A DNA stretch of 64,000 nucleotides from Octopus sinensis (GCF_006345805.1 NC_043000.1:122140001-122204000), one strand, 5' to 3'; counted from the stretch's first letter, positions 28,162-43,089 are shown. Translations and numbers: made by a program. Notes: generated by a model from the sequence alone, not told the origin.

Positions 28162-29066
28162 TCATACATACATGCACGCATACATACGTGCGTACGTACA
28201 TACATACATATATACATACATATATGTGTGTGTGCATGCGTCTGGGAATGTTTGTATATTTGTGTGTGAGAATGTGTGCGAGCGTTTCTGTTTGAGTGAC
28301 GGACGTATATTTATGAATACACGTGTACGCGAGAAGCATTGAAAAACGAGAAAGCAATATTTATACGGAACGATTTAATACGGCTTACTAGAAACGCACA
28401 ATTATATGTTCTGAGGCTGCTTATAGTCCATATGTGCTCCAAAAGAATCGCTCTTCCGACCAATGATATCACCAGAGAAAAGTATCAAATATTGTGATGC
28501 AGCGTCATAAAGGAAAATATATATTAATACTTACTTCAGAATTGTATCGTTTGATATATCATTTTTTTTATTGTCCAATTACTAATGTATAAATGTTTAT
28601 TTCTCCTGAGATCAAAATAAACTAACATAATATATTATTAATAGCTGACGTTCTAAATCCAAAAAAGTGTATCAACGGCATTCGTCTAAAAACAGAATAT
28701 ATTTTCATAATGGGATTTAGCTTTGATATAACAGTATTTATAGAAGTAAAATAAACAATGGGTTTCTTCTCTAAATTGTTTTCTCTAGCATGTTAAAAAA
28801 TGTAAATAAACGAATTCTCGTCATATACTTTGTGACAAAACATAACAAAAGCTATGGCTGATTTTATAATATACTTTATGTTTTTCGGATAGAATTTTAG
28901 TTTTTCTTTAGTTTTTCTTTAAAATTGGCTTTGTGCATAACCGTGTTTTAAGGGTTTCCTTCGATAAATCCTCTAGAATAGTTTTAAGGATTTTTGCATT
29001 TTTTCATTATTGACACTTGTCGTACAATTTATATATTTATGCATAATCATAAATCGATATATATAT

Positions 29067-29097
<31 letters not shown>

Positions 29098-29310
29098 GTG
29101 TGACACCGTGAATACCCCTGGCGATTTTTTTCCTCTGTCTTCCCTTCTCGGGATCTTTCCTTCTCCTGTGTTTCCGACGAAGAGCTCCGCTCGTAACGTT
29201 TAACCTTCTTCTTCCCTTCTTTCCTGAGCATCCAATAATACTTTATTTGTTCCACGTTCTCGCGTTGTTGTGTTTTTTGTTTTTTGTGTGTTTTCTTGTT
29301 TGGATTAACT
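29098..29310 (+). mobile_element. Penelope-type pseudo-LTR fragment with degenerate minimal hammerhead
   Basis: Flanked by (TA)n; gttt-CCGACGA-A-GAGC-tcc-GCTC-GTAA-CGTT-taac at 29170-29204. Confidence 0.6.
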
Positions 29311-29339
29311 ATATATATATATACACACACACACATACG

Positions 29340-29387
<48 letters not shown>

Positions 29388-31488
29388 TGTATGTGTATAG
29401 ATATAAATATATATCACTCTCTATTTTGTATCACATCTATACTAACTATGATTTAATTATCTTCTCACACCATCTCCGATGAAGGGATATTATTAATAAA
29501 TATCCTAGAAACAGCTGTAAGCCATTCTATCTATTGATGCTTTAATATCTATACATCCTTGTGTTTTTTTATCTTATTACGCAAAAAATTCTTATATATA
29601 TATATAAATATATATCTTTATATATACGGAGAGAGACAGACAGAAATGGAGAGAGAGAGAGAGAGAGAGACATGCTGGTTACAATATGTCTATCGGGCCG
29701 TATATTTTAAGGAGTATATACTAATAATGCTCTTAATTTTTCATATTCGCACCCTTCTTCTTCCCCACACTTTTGTGAGATATTGGGATCCTAGTGTTGA
29801 TGAGTCAGTAACCCCTGATTGAGTGATATGGACTGCGATAAATGCAGTTTATTTTCTGTCTGGCAGAGTCTATTGTTCGTCTGTAGATGTAGACACTTAC
29901 GTTTTGAGAGAGAGAGAGAGAGTGAGAGAGAGAGAAGGAAAGACAGAGAGAAAGTCACAGAGAGAGAGAATGAGGGATAGAGAGTGTGTGTGTATGTTGA
30001 TATGTTCCAATTTCTGCATTATCGAATCTATATTTAAACTTGCAATGTAGCGCTGGTCACAGCATATAAGAAGAAATATAAGCCTGGTCAGGACACTAAA
30101 TCTACTATTCTACTATATTTAGTATTAGATTATGCAATCTGAAATTACTGAGGCTTAGTGTGACACACAAATGGAGTGAAGAGCTGAAAGTTGTTAGCAT
30201 TATTTTCATGAGAACGGGATTCTTTCTGTGAAACTATACCATTCGGTGTATAAGATTTGTTATTAGTGTGGAGGTCAGAATCTGTGTTGCGACAAAGAAT
30301 GGTGGAGGAGTCGTTTAGATTATTGAAGAATGTGTCCATACCTAGATATTACTTGGAATTTTTATTGAGGTTTAAATCGAGACTATTTGGCAAACCTTCG
30401 TGATTCCGACAATTTCGCAGTGTTGCTGCGTGTATTTGTATCAATGGATGAGCAGTAATGCTTTTCAGCTTTAGATTTTTTCCTATTTTTTTCCGTTTCT
30501 AATGGAAGGAAAGCGTAAAAATCATGGTCAGATTGGAAGGTGTATATTTTCGCTTTTTGTTCCCTCATTCTATATGTTTGTTTTTTGGTTGATAAATTAT
30601 GTGCGATGTCTGAAGCGGGCGTTTCATTGATTTTTTTTCCAGTGTGGACATATTACTGAATTTTTTCTTTTCCCCACAGCAGTATTCAAACCGTTGTTCT
30701 TTGTTAATGGTGATGATGTTACTAATTGGTCCATATACTGCTTTCAGTTTTGCTTTATAGCTCATGTTAGTTACAAAAAAGAGATAAAAAAACAGCTTAC
30801 AAGTAGTCAGTTTTCTGTGATTTATTTTGTTCTGCATTTTTTCTGTTGGGTTTTCCATTTCTTGCTAACTTCATTTCTACTACGTATGCGATGAGTTGTT
30901 GCACGAATTTATGTTTGGTTTTTTTTTATATTTTTATTTTACGAGGGTGGTTTTTTGATGTGTAATTGGAGTTGTATATATATATTACCTCGTGGGATAT
31001 GTTTTTTTTAATGCGTCTATAGTTATATTGTTTAATTTATTCCTCGAGGTGTCTATGTTTAGGATTGTATTGTTATTGAATTAACAAAATGTTGATTTTG
31101 TTTCTTGGTTAAACTTGTTCCATTATAATATTTTTTTCTAAAAATGTTACTGCATTCTTCAATGATATATCTATGTGTTGCGAAAATAATTTATTGATGG
31201 TCTCACTATGATTAGTGGGGCATGTTTTCCGAGTGGTTGTGGTAGGTATCTGTGTGCAGAAGGTTCTATTTGCAGACGATTTTCAGTAAGACGCAATAAG
31301 ATTACTCCCCGTGTTATGTCTATTGTTTTAAAGTTAAACCATTTTGAGCCCATTGAATGACTAGGATCTTGTAAAGTTTTGTTGCTTGATGGAGTAAATT
31401 GGTGGAACGATTGGATAGCCTGCTGTTAATACATATCAAAATGTAGTGTGCATTTCGAGAGTGAAGTGCCTTTATCGTCGAGTACAAA

Positions 31489-31555
<67 letters not shown>

Positions 31556-31558
<3 letters not shown>

Positions 31559-31931
31559 CGTAGGAGTGGCTGTGTAGTAAGTAGCTTGCTTACAAACTAC
31601 ATAGTTCCGAGTTCAGTCCCACTACGTGTCACCTTGGCCAAGTGTCTTCTACTGTAGCCGCGGGCCGACCAAAGACTTGTAAGTGGATTTGGTAGACGGA
31701 AACGTCATATATATGTATGTGGGTATATATGTTTGTGTGTCTGTGTTTGTCCCTCCAATATCGCTTGACAACCGATGCTGGTGTGTTAACGTCCCCGTAA
31801 ATTAGAGGTTCGCCATATAGAGATCGATAGAATAAGTACTAGGCGGGCAAATAATAAGTCCTGTGGTCGATTTGCTCGATTAAATGTGGTGGTCCATTAT
31901 GGCCACAGTCAAATGACTGAAATGAGTAAAA

Positions 31932-31933
<2 letters not shown>
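31556..31933 (+). mobile_element. Composite tRNA-derived SINE
   Basis: aggcgtaggagtggctgtgtagtaagtagcttgc ... ggccacagtcaaatgactgaaatgagtaaaaga. Confidence 0.92.
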
Positions 31934-31969
<36 letters not shown>

Positions 31970-32023
31970 GAAATATTAAAATAACTAAGTCTCTCTAAAA
32001 GAGAACAGCGGCAGCGTTCCCGG

Positions 32024-32319
32024 AAAATAATAGTTATCGCCATACTAATATGGCATTCTTATAAAAATAAGAAAAAAGCTGTCCGCTTATTAGCTCCATG
32101 AGGCCATCGCCTTAAGTTAGCTATTTGATACACAAACTGTATCCATATAACCTTCGAACAAGGGAGGTGTGGAGCGACTGACCTCCCTTGTTCGAAGGTT
32201 ATATGGATACAGTTTGTGTATCAAATAGCTAACTTAAGGCGATGGCCTCATGGAGCTAATAAGCGGACAGCTTTTTTCTTATTTTTATAAGAATGCCATA
32301 TTAGTATGGCGATAACTAT

Positions 32320-32325
<6 letters not shown>
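32024..32325. repeat. Perfect inverted repeat: 145-bp arms, 12-bp spacer
   Basis: Arms 32024-32168 and 32181-32325 are exact reverse complements by reading; spacer gtggagcgactg. Confidence 0.95.
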
Positions 32326-32367
<42 letters not shown>

Positions 32368-33206
32368 TATATATATATAACACATATATATATAAATATT
32401 AATTTACTCTGCTATGTATTGAGTACCTTATTTACTATGGTTAACCCCGACTCAACCTGGGACCTACATATATATATATATACCAGAGTAAGCGCATAAA
32501 TGCAAAACGGTGAATAAATATTCGAATACCAGAGGGTAGAGAAATAGGCTTTATGAATAAGCAGCAAAAATACCACAAAAAACTGTTTCGCAGAGTTTGA
32601 CATCCCCGTTCGTCGGATAGTTTTGTTTAGAACGGAGCAAGATAAAGTCATATGCAGAAATACAATTACGTTGATAATTATACATTTGAAAATCGTTTTG
32701 TTTCATTGGTCCTTTCAACTAATGGTCTTTACAATAACCGGTTGCATGAAATAACAATTAAAATCATATTCAATTAAAATCAATTATTATAAAAATCAGT
32801 TAATTTGTACTACGATGCTTGTGCATGTTTCGACTTCACTTTTAAGAATGCCTTCGACTGTTTTACAAATTTAAGCTTCAGTTTCGATGAAGTTTATTTT
32901 TATTGTTTACTCACGCATTGAATTACGTTATATTAATTTATTGTGCAATTTCCTTATTTTAACATTTTAAAATTATATATATACCTGACAGCTTTTTTAA
33001 AAGTTTGCGTATATACGTTATGAAGTATATATATATATTTTTTTATGTGCACATATGTCAATATATATATGTATATATATGTGTGTGTTTGTGTGTGTAT
33101 GCCTGTATTGTAGGTGTATGCATATTTGTATATATGTATGTGTATATATGTATTCGTGTGTATGTTTATATGTATATATATGTAGGTGTGAATGTATATA
33201 TGTATG

Positions 33207-33282
<76 letters not shown>

Positions 33283-33488
33283 GAAGGTTTGGAAATGCAA
33301 TTTTAAAAGATGCTTATTCACTTGACCAGTTATACTTCTTTAGAAAAAATATTGTAAAAAGTAACATGTAAAAGCTTTGTTGTGTTAGGTACTGGTCGTC
33401 ACAAAATATTGAAATACATATATACATTCTTTGATAATAATATGAACATGTTTATAACAGTTTACAAGGAAAAGTATCGGGAAAATTT

Positions 33489-33716
33489 TAAAATGTTCAT
33501 TACAATATTGGGCACAAAAAATTATAATACCTATATACATTCTTTGATAATAATAATAAAATGTTAAAAACAGTTTACAGAAAAAAATTTTTGAGAAATT
33601 AATAATTTCTCAAAAATGTTTTTCTGTAAACTGTTTTTAACATTTTCTTATTATTATCAAAGAATGTATATATGTATTGTAATATTTTGTGCCCAATATT
33701 TTAATGAGCATTTTTA
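33489..33716. repeat. AT-rich imperfect palindrome (~112-bp arms) with an upstream partial direct duplicate
   Basis: Centre tttttgagaaatt-aat-aatttctcaaaaa; arms 33489-33600 and 33604-33716; 33405-33488 repeats part of the left arm. Confidence 0.85.
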
Positions 33717-34891
33717 TATCCATCATCCTGACACCATTTCTGCATTACGCTCTGTATGCACTGTGGAGAGGGAAATACAGTGAAAATCGATGTACCAAGA
33801 GATCTTGATAACACCGAACTGAAGATCTGCTCCAAATTCTCACAAAACACGAAACTTTGCTGCAGTTATTCCCGTCTATATTTTCCAGTTTAAATACTTG
33901 AAATTTTTGGTGGTTTCTTTCTTAGAAATGATCCAAAGATGTATTTGCATAAAAGGTAAAAATTAACCTTTGATAAACTTCGGTATGTTTAGCAAACTTT
34001 TATGACCACTGCATTTCAGAGACAGGAATGGATGCCGTTTATTACTCATTATGAATATTGGACTACATTGTTTAACACCAAAAATTTGAGGTCACAGTGT
34101 TTACATTTAAATTGGAACAAAAGTCTTTCATTTTCATGAAGATATGTAAAGACTCTTAAGATTCCGTCATAAAATTTCTGGTAGCTTGCCACATGAACTC
34201 TGGTTCTGTAAAATACAGTAACACAAATTTCCTTCTCTAGTGTGTATTATAAATTTAGAATTAACTTTAATTAAATTATTAAAAAAAAGCATGCCCATTA
34301 TCTTAATTTAATAGCATTTTGTACCGTTATCGTGGCATTTAATATAGAAGAGTAATCAAATAATTTTAAAGTGGTATGTGGTTGGATTGTTGTCCTAACA
34401 TTTAGTATTTTGTAATTAAAAGGAAACGTCATACAAATAATTTGGCTTAATAACATTATTTTAATTTATCAAAATTCCTTTCATATATTTCCCTCCTTAA
34501 TGAAGAAGAAAATATTTTCAATGGATACTTTGAACCTCATTAACAAAATTTCATTTAACTCCAGTAAAAATTGCAGCGGTGAACACTAAAAACATTGATG
34601 CTTAATTGTTCAAAGTTATATGATCTGCAGTGCTTTCTCCCATCAATATGTAGTTCATCTTTACTTCCATCAATTCCGCAAATGAATGACACTAAATATC
34701 AACGACTACTTGATAAATTACAATAAAGACACCTAAAAAGACAAGTAAAAGCCCCGGTTTAATGAGGAAGTCTTGCAAAATATCGAAAAGGATGGATGAT
34801 GAGTGTTCGAATACTGAATGACATGACTATTATATCAGTAAAGTAAGTATGGAGCAATACTATTTCAACTAATGGCTATAAGTGTGCTTGT

Positions 34892-34923
<32 letters not shown>

Positions 34924-35634
34924 TAGTATGTGTAAGTGTGTATGTATGTATATTCGTAACCGAAATATGGTAATGTTCAGTCTATGAGTTAGTGTTAAAG
35001 TGTGTCACCACAACCACATCAATATGTTACCTAAATCAGGGCAACAATGACATTTTTTAACTACATTTTCTCTCAAGCCCTATATTTGTCATAGAACCTC
35101 GTCAACTTTCTCCCTACGGCATTGATATTTATGTTATCGGATCTCGTGTACATCATTACAGATGTCTAAATGTCATTTTTCGTACGATATAAATTAATTT
35201 AACAAGCGTGTGAAAGTGGGGGAGGAGAACCACCTGGAGATTCAAGTCATATTTTACCCAGAAATTCAATGCAATTATTAACTGTTATGGTATTACAAAA
35301 TCGAAATTCTTGGATTGTGTATGAAATTAAATAAAACTTTATAAAATCATTTGATTCCTTTATGAGTGTTGCAACGATATGAATGGTTTAAGATGTTTAC
35401 AATCAAGAACTGGGGAACATATTCATACATTCCGCCTGTACGTTAATATGAGTGTAACAGAAACTTGATGCAGTTTGTCTAACTTCGAGAATCCGCATCA
35501 AATCATCTCTTACCTTAATGAAGAACAGAGACATAAAATAATTGTCTGGACTATGTACAGAAGAAAAAATACAACTTGGAATTAAGTTAATGTACGCATC
35601 TGAAACAGCCTTTGGTCAAATTGTTGGTTATTCT

Positions 35635-35865
35635 CTCTTTTACTCTTTTACACGTTTCAATCACTTGACTGCAGCGCTGCTGGAGCACCGCCTTTAGTCG
35701 AGCACATCAACCCCAGGACTTATTCTTTGTAGGCCTAGTACTTATTCTATCGATCATTTTTGCCGAACCACTAAGTTACGGGGACGTAAACACACCAGCA
35801 TCGATTGTCAAGCAATGCTAGGGGGACAAACACAGACACACAAACTTATACACACACACACACAT

Positions 35866-35944
<79 letters not shown>

Positions 35945-36116
35945 CATGTATACGACGGGCTTCTTTCAGTTTCTGTCTATCAAATCCACTCACAATGCTT
36001 TGGTCGACCCGAGGCTATAGTAGAAGACACTTGCCCAAGCTGCTACGCAGTGGGACTGAACCTGAAACTATGTGGTTCGTAAGCAAGCTCCTTACCACGC
36101 AGCCATTCATACGCCT
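35635..36116 (-). mobile_element. Composite tRNA-derived SINE, full length
   Basis: Reverse complement of the 25686-26151 family, including the internal microsatellite. Confidence 0.93.
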
Positions 36117-39006
36117 AGGTTGGGTATTTAGTTACAATAGAATAGCAACACGACCCTATGTCAGGGAAATATGAATCGTCTTTGATAATAAGTCTTCTAA
36201 ATCGGGAAGAACCAAGAACCAAAACTTTAAGAGTGCCAAACATTGTATTTTGCATTATTTGCTATCATCTATCGTCAGTTGCTCACGCTCTCATCCATTT
36301 TGGTATCGATTTCCTTATTCTGAGAACAAGTTTCCATATATGCAAAATGCATGAAATGACAGTTTGTATGAAGAACCGTACATATGGAGAAATCAAGAGA
36401 GCTTTAACAAGAGAGGAATGTACATAGGTTTGGTACGATGAAATCTTCCTTCACACGGATATCCGTTCTGGGTTGAATTTCTTTTAAATAAGGAGGAGGA
36501 TTATTTGTGTAGAAATTTGTTATATGTAAAGGTATCATGCCAGCACATTACATGTGATTATTTCTTCAACTGCGAAGCTATGAAAACCAAAAAGAGACAG
36601 GTAACACTTGAACGTTGAATAACAAATATATAGCAGGTAATTTATAATTCATTGCTGTGACCATTCTGTCAACTCATCTTCCTCTTAGCTAGATATAAAA
36701 TTTTAAATATTTATCATAGGAAATTGAGTAGCTTGTTGTTGCTGAAAGACTCAGTAAAGTTAAATGCTTTGCATAGGAGATTGCATCAATGGTGTTCTCT
36801 TGCTGTGGAAGCCGAACCAATCTCTGCAGCTCCACAATATTAACTACACTAACGACGTAAATGATATTGGAAGAATAAAACTTCTTTTCGTAGGAATCAG
36901 TTACATTTGTTCGACATTTTAAGAGTAAATTCCGTCGGTCACTTTTACATTTTATCACTTTGCGGTCGATAAGAAAAAAGAAACAGTAATATAAAACGAG
37001 CCGATTGCATTAAACTTTATGTATTTGTGGCTATGTACACATCTTGGAAATCTATATTAAAAAAATGTATATTCTTCCTGTATATCTTAATTCGTTATAT
37101 AATTAAATATGTCTACGTTTGAAGCAAAAGTATATGGTATAAACCAGTCACTTCCATAACACATTCTTCGTGGCATATTTTAAATGCCATTTCATTAATT
37201 ATTCATGATATATACGGGCGCTATCAAATTGCTTTCAACAGAGATGTTTAATGAACGATATATTAAATATACCAATAGCGTTAGAGTGTATTCGATAAGA
37301 TACATTAGATATGTAAAAGTTTCTACTCATAAGACATTACAATTATATTACTTGGATGTCTGTGACAGTTACTTCAAAGCAAATCGGTTTTCCTAATTAA
37401 GACATAGTAATATATCAACAGTGCTATATATCAACATAGTAATATATCAACAGGGTTGTACAGTTGAAAGTGTAATTATTGTTTCGTCATTATAACGCTT
37501 GTTATTTTTTTTTAATATTGCTTTATTTTATGTTTCGTAAGCCTTATTTCAATAACGATTGAGTTGAAGGATAATTAGATTACATTCAAATGTGTTTGAA
37601 TGATATCTAAGTATTTTCTTCGAATACATTGCCAAGACGGGCATTATCAAAACGTTCATTTTCAGAAGGTACATTTCAAAATATCTTGTAATGAAACTTT
37701 TACAGTGCAAGATTTGTTGCCGTTTGTTTAAACTGTCATTAAATAGAGAGAATATTTACGATGTCTAAAGAGAGAGGAGCACTGCATACTCAGTAAATAG
37801 CTATTGTGGTACTTATTGGTCTAGTTAATAATTAGATTATTATTAAATGATAATACATTATATATATATATATTTAATCTATATTTTAATAATGTGTAAC
37901 AGGACAATCAATCCACAATATAGCATAAAAAGTTGTATTGCTTAGATCTACAGATAACACCAAAGGCAAGGAGTAAAACAAACACTTATGATATCTTGGA
38001 GAACATTCCATTTTCTTCAGCTGACCATTAGGAATATTTACGTGCATTGAATTAACCATCTATTACACAGACATAAATCCAATTCGGATAACAAATATCC
38101 CATTTACAACGGTTTCAAAAACATTTACCTGTGACATTCATTTCTCACAGGATTGGAATACACAGAGATTCCGTTGCATAAAGCAACCAATGTTTTCCTG
38201 AATGGTAAATAGTGTCATTTCATAGAGTGTTGCTTTGTGTTAGTTGAGAGAAATATGACACTTATTTGCATATCCCCAGCCCTCAAATACAGGAAGAAGC
38301 TGTTTGTAAAACGGAAAAACTCAAGTAATATTATAGGATCCAGATTAACAATGGCTATTCAGATAATACATTTGTCGAACAACTGACATGTCCGGATGTT
38401 AATACTATTGCATTTTGCAACAATTCCGGGCATGAGACATAATGTTTCCCTCTTCAGTTCACTTAACTGTCGGAAGTCCGTAAAGGAGCTTCTGCATTCA
38501 TTAAAAAATATGCATATGAAACAGGTAACTAACAACCATTATTTTTTATTATTCCTTAAATATTTTAAGAACATTTATATGCTTCATTACCAGGTTTTTT
38601 TTATACTATTTGCTTCTGAGATACCATTTAATTATATTTTTGAGAGTTGATTTAAATAACCGCAGTATTAATGGGCTTTAAGTTTTCTTTGCCAAGCAAC
38701 AATCTTCAATTTCCTAATAATGTCTGCCAAATGTGAACACCTAGCCAAAATGTAACATCTGTATCAACTGTATTCGTTTTAAACATATTATGAAACAATT
38801 CATTTGGTAGGTTAAATTGTCATTAATGCTCAGCAAATAAACAGATTGGGTGTATTCATTTATTTAAAAATATATTTATTACATTAGAGCTTTCTATCTG
38901 AACTAACGTCTGTCAAAATTCCAATATCATCAAAACCCTTCCAACTCCATATCTGTACAGACGGATTTCTTGTGGTAACAACTTTAATTTGAACATTTTA
39001 ATTTAA

Positions 39007-39318
39007 TTTTTTTATGCACCCTTTTCAAGCATAGCTAGGCTCATGGACCCAGTTTCCCGGTTTCTATCGTGTATGTATTCCCCCCAGTTGGACGGGACGC
39101 CAGTCCATCGCAGCGTTACTCAAGAAACAAGAAGAAAGTGTGAGAGAAAGTTGGGACGAAAGAGTACAACAGGGGTCGCCACCATTCCCTGCCGGAGCCT
39201 CGTGGAACATTAAGTGTTTTCGCTCAATAAACACACACAACGCCCGGTCTGGGAATCGAAACCGCGATCTTCCAGCCGCGAGTCCGCTACCCTTGCCACT
39301 GGGACATTTCGCCTCCAC
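39007..39318 (-). mobile_element. tRNA-derived SINE with a V-domain-like central motif
   Basis: Minus strand: tRNA-like head (cccagtggcaagggtagcggactc..ggtttcgattccc), central ctgcgatggactggcgtcccgtcca, A-tail. Confidence 0.8.
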
Positions 39319-40121
39319 AAATATTTTAATAATGGAATATATATGACAAAATGTGCGGCAGACATAATAGAAATCTTTACCGTATTCGTCATTGTCTCTC
39401 TAAGCATTCAATTTAAATCTTATCGAGAATAACTCTACCATTCGTCGTTACGGTTTTTTTAGAAGTACACTTGTGTACCTCTGCTCTGCCATTTTTCTCT
39501 TAGATTTTCTAACTTGAATAAATCTTAATTATTCAAATTTGGAAATATGTGGGCTCCGCTGGATTTAAAATATCACGACTCCTTCCCCATAACTTACCAT
39601 ATATCAAGTATTATATCATCCCATATACGATGTATCATCAGATTCCTCTCAGTGATCACTGAAAATACACGTTTTTACTTAGTGTAATTAATCCGGTTAT
39701 GACGCTTGTACCAACATTCGAATCAGTTTGATAATTAAGCAATTCAAAATAAACAGTTACACATCTGGTAGAGCGTATAGGATTAAACGTTTTCCTTTAA
39801 GCATAGAACATGTTTTAAATTGACCAACATATTAATAGCCTGTATGAATCAGTGCTGAGAAAATTTGAGTGAAGTTATGGGATAGTAAGACGAGTACCCT
39901 CGCTCAGTTCATGAGCTTGAATCAGTCTCCGTTTTCAAGATCATCATGTGCAAGTTGTACATGATTGAATCGTAACTGACTTCAAATATCAGGATTATTG
40001 ATGATACATAATGCTTACAAATATAAATTTGTAGGTGTAAGACGCTATTAGAAAGAGGTATATCAGTAGTATTCATAAAAAGAAATAAGAGCAGCCTATG
40101 CGTGGAACTGTACGCAGTGGG

Positions 40122-40247
<126 letters not shown>

Positions 40248-40429
40248 CATTACTATTGTGCTTAAGTTTCGTAAGTTCAAAACGTTGCTTTTTCAGAAAA
40301 CGAAAGAAGAGTTTCGCCATTCCATAGCAAAACAGCTGTACGACATTTTAACAGTTTTTGATAATTTGGGATCTGAAGCAGCTGGAGACACCATAGTTTG
40401 ACCAAAAGAACCAGCTATTGCAAGCAAAG

Positions 40430-40494
40430 ACATATACGCCATAGAAACCGGAAACCCAAGCCCATGAGCCTGGCTAGGCTTGAAAAGGGCGCAT
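40430..40494 (+). mobile_element. 3'-tail fragment of the 39007-39318 SINE family
   Basis: catatacgccatagaaaccggaaacc..cccatgagcctggctaggcttgaaaagggcgcat matches that element's tail. Confidence 0.75.
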
Positions 40495-40508
40495 ATGTAC
40501 ATATATAT

Positions 40509-40575
<67 letters not shown>

Positions 40576-41724
40576 TGTGTGTGTGTGTGTGTGTGTGTGT
40601 GCCTGTGTGTGTCTGTGTGTGTCTATGTGTATGTATTATATATATATATATAAATATATATATATATACATACATATATACACTTGCACACACACATATA
40701 TATATATATATTATACATATATATATATGTATATATATATTTGTGTGTGTGTGTACGTATGTATGTATTTCCATGTACATACACATACATACATGCGTGT
40801 GTACATTACAGAGTGCATGCAAATGTTCAATGATAAATTTTTCTCTAATTCATTGTTCATTGTTCATACGAGGAAGGAAGAACGATATCAAAGGTCAAAC
40901 AAAAGGACACAATGCAAATATCAATGGAGATCTAGTAGATATCTTTCTAGCAGATATCAATATAATTGTTATTTTCATCTATATTCTTTTTTCTTTTATC
41001 GGCTATTTTCGCATATAATTTGTAAATAATTCGTATATATCATCATAAGTTATTTATCTTTGTCTCCTGCCAAAAAAGTTTAACCTCGAACGTCATATCA
41101 TATCTCGTCTGATGATAGTATACTGAATTGGAATATAGAAATATCATAATATTTTTTTCTTATTTACATATCGCTATCATATGGATATTAGAATGAGCTT
41201 TGTATAAAATTCCATTTAGCTGACCACAGCGTAACCTTAGCGCAGAGCGTTGTGATATCTTCATAATTGTTCATGCTGTTTAGCCACAAGTCTGCCTTGA
41301 TCAAGGAAAGCTATTATCAATATTTCACCTATGACCCTCCTATCTTTTTGTGCACTGCATTGTTCAGTGTACTTTTCTTTCTTCAAACGCCAGGGAGTGA
41401 CTTGTGATTATTTACCAGATTTATCGTCTGTTTCTAATTTTGTTGCTGTTGATGATGTCGATATAAATTCAAAGACCAAGCGTGTTTAGAATATGGAGTT
41501 CTAGGCATGTAGTTCTCTCTTGTACAACCCTATGTGTGTACTTTCCCTGTGTCTAGAGTAATTGAATACTGTAGGTTGCTGAGTTCTCATTTCGTATAAC
41601 AAAGCCTTAAAACCTAAATATTACAATTCAAATCTTCCTCAAATTCTGCCTTCTATCATCATTTCGTCCACACTCGAAAACAGTTTCTGTTATATTATGA
41701 TGGCGTGTATTTTTATGGGTTTTT

Positions 41725-42144
41725 TTATTTCTATATTACCCACAAGAGGCTAAACATAGAGGGAACAAACAAGGACAGACAAACGGATTAAGTCGATTAC
41801 ATCGACCCCAATGCGTAACTGGTACTTAATGTATCGACCCCGAAAAGATGAAAGGCAAACTCGACCTCGGTGGAATTTGAACTCAGAACGTAGCGGCAGG
41901 CGAAATACCTATTTCTTTACTACCCACAAGAGGCTAAACACAGAGAGGACAAACAAGGACAGACAAACAGATGAACTCGATTACATCGACTCCCAGTGCG
42001 TAACTGGTACTTATTTAATCGACCCCCGAAAGGATGAAAGGCGAAGTCGACCTCGGCGGAATTTGAACTCAGAACGTAGCGGCAGACGAAATACCGCTAA
42101 GCATTTCTCTCGGTGTGCTAACGTTTCTACCAGCTCACCACCTG
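41725..42144 (-). mobile_element. Head-to-tail dimer of the second SINE family
   Basis: Full copy 42144-41910 followed by a 5'-truncated copy 41909-41725. Confidence 0.9.
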
Positions 42145-42309
42145 ATGGCGTGTGATTTTATCGCTTCTGTTGTATCTATATGTGTTTATAAACATACATA
42201 CATATTTGGAACACTTTGCGGAATTTTATATAATCTGTGCAATTTTGAACATATCCTGTACATGGAATGTTACATATATACGGTATATACGCAGTGCTTG
42301 TGTATACAC

Positions 42310-42341
<32 letters not shown>

Positions 42342-43089
42342 TGTTCCTCTTTCCTTTTCCACCATTTCCTTATCTCCTGTCGCATTCCACAACTATATAT
42401 TTCCGCCTACCCGTTCTCTGCCCACAAGCCATTTACAACTTTACAAGCCTGACCAGTCCTTAATTTTCTCATTTCCCCGTAAACTCGCTTTAAACGCGTC
42501 ATCTCTCCCAACCTGTTCGAATATGCGTCTGTGTTATCATGCGCATCCTTTTCTCCGTCTCTTGCATTTCACTGCATTCCGCTCTATTCTTCAACCTCAC
42601 TTGATCTAACTCCTTTATTAAATTTCCCCGTTCTTTATGTTGCGACCAAGGTGATAACAATTTACGTAATGTCTCTCCCTCTAAATGAAGTATATTCGAC
42701 TTAAACCCTTGATTCTTTCATATTTTATAGTAAATCTGCTCAGTGAACAATACAAAGGGCGGAACACAAATGCAGTGAAATGCAAATGCAGTTTCTAATA
42801 CATTATTATCTAATTTCCTATTATGCTTCTATTATTTTCAGAACAAGGTTTTAATGCGATCGCTTTTAATGTTGCTGACTCCCAGGAAAGCACTAAGTGT
42901 ACAGATTGTGATCAAAGACATTGTATACATTTAAATACACACACACACACACACACAGACGCATGCACACACACACATACACACACTCGCACACACTCAC
43001 ACACACACACACACACACACACATACATATATATATTGACCGCTAACATCATATCATATTTCGTGCGTGTGTGCGTGTGTATGTATGTA

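Noticed and set aside
30150-31400. Strand-biased A-rich minus-strand region suggestive of a LINE ORF1/ORF2 relic
   Set aside because: No motif could be matched convincingly by eye; needs TBLASTN
38151-38204. AG/GT-bounded 54-bp phase-1 candidate exon (LEYTEIPLHKATNVFLN)
   Set aside because: No recognisable homology and no partner exons; such matches are expected by chance. Needs RNA-seq
40297-40401. Candidate terminal exon KTKEEFRHSIAKQLYDILTVFDNLGSEAAGDTIV* after tttttcag
   Set aside because: Unrecognised peptide with only an acceptor-like site as support
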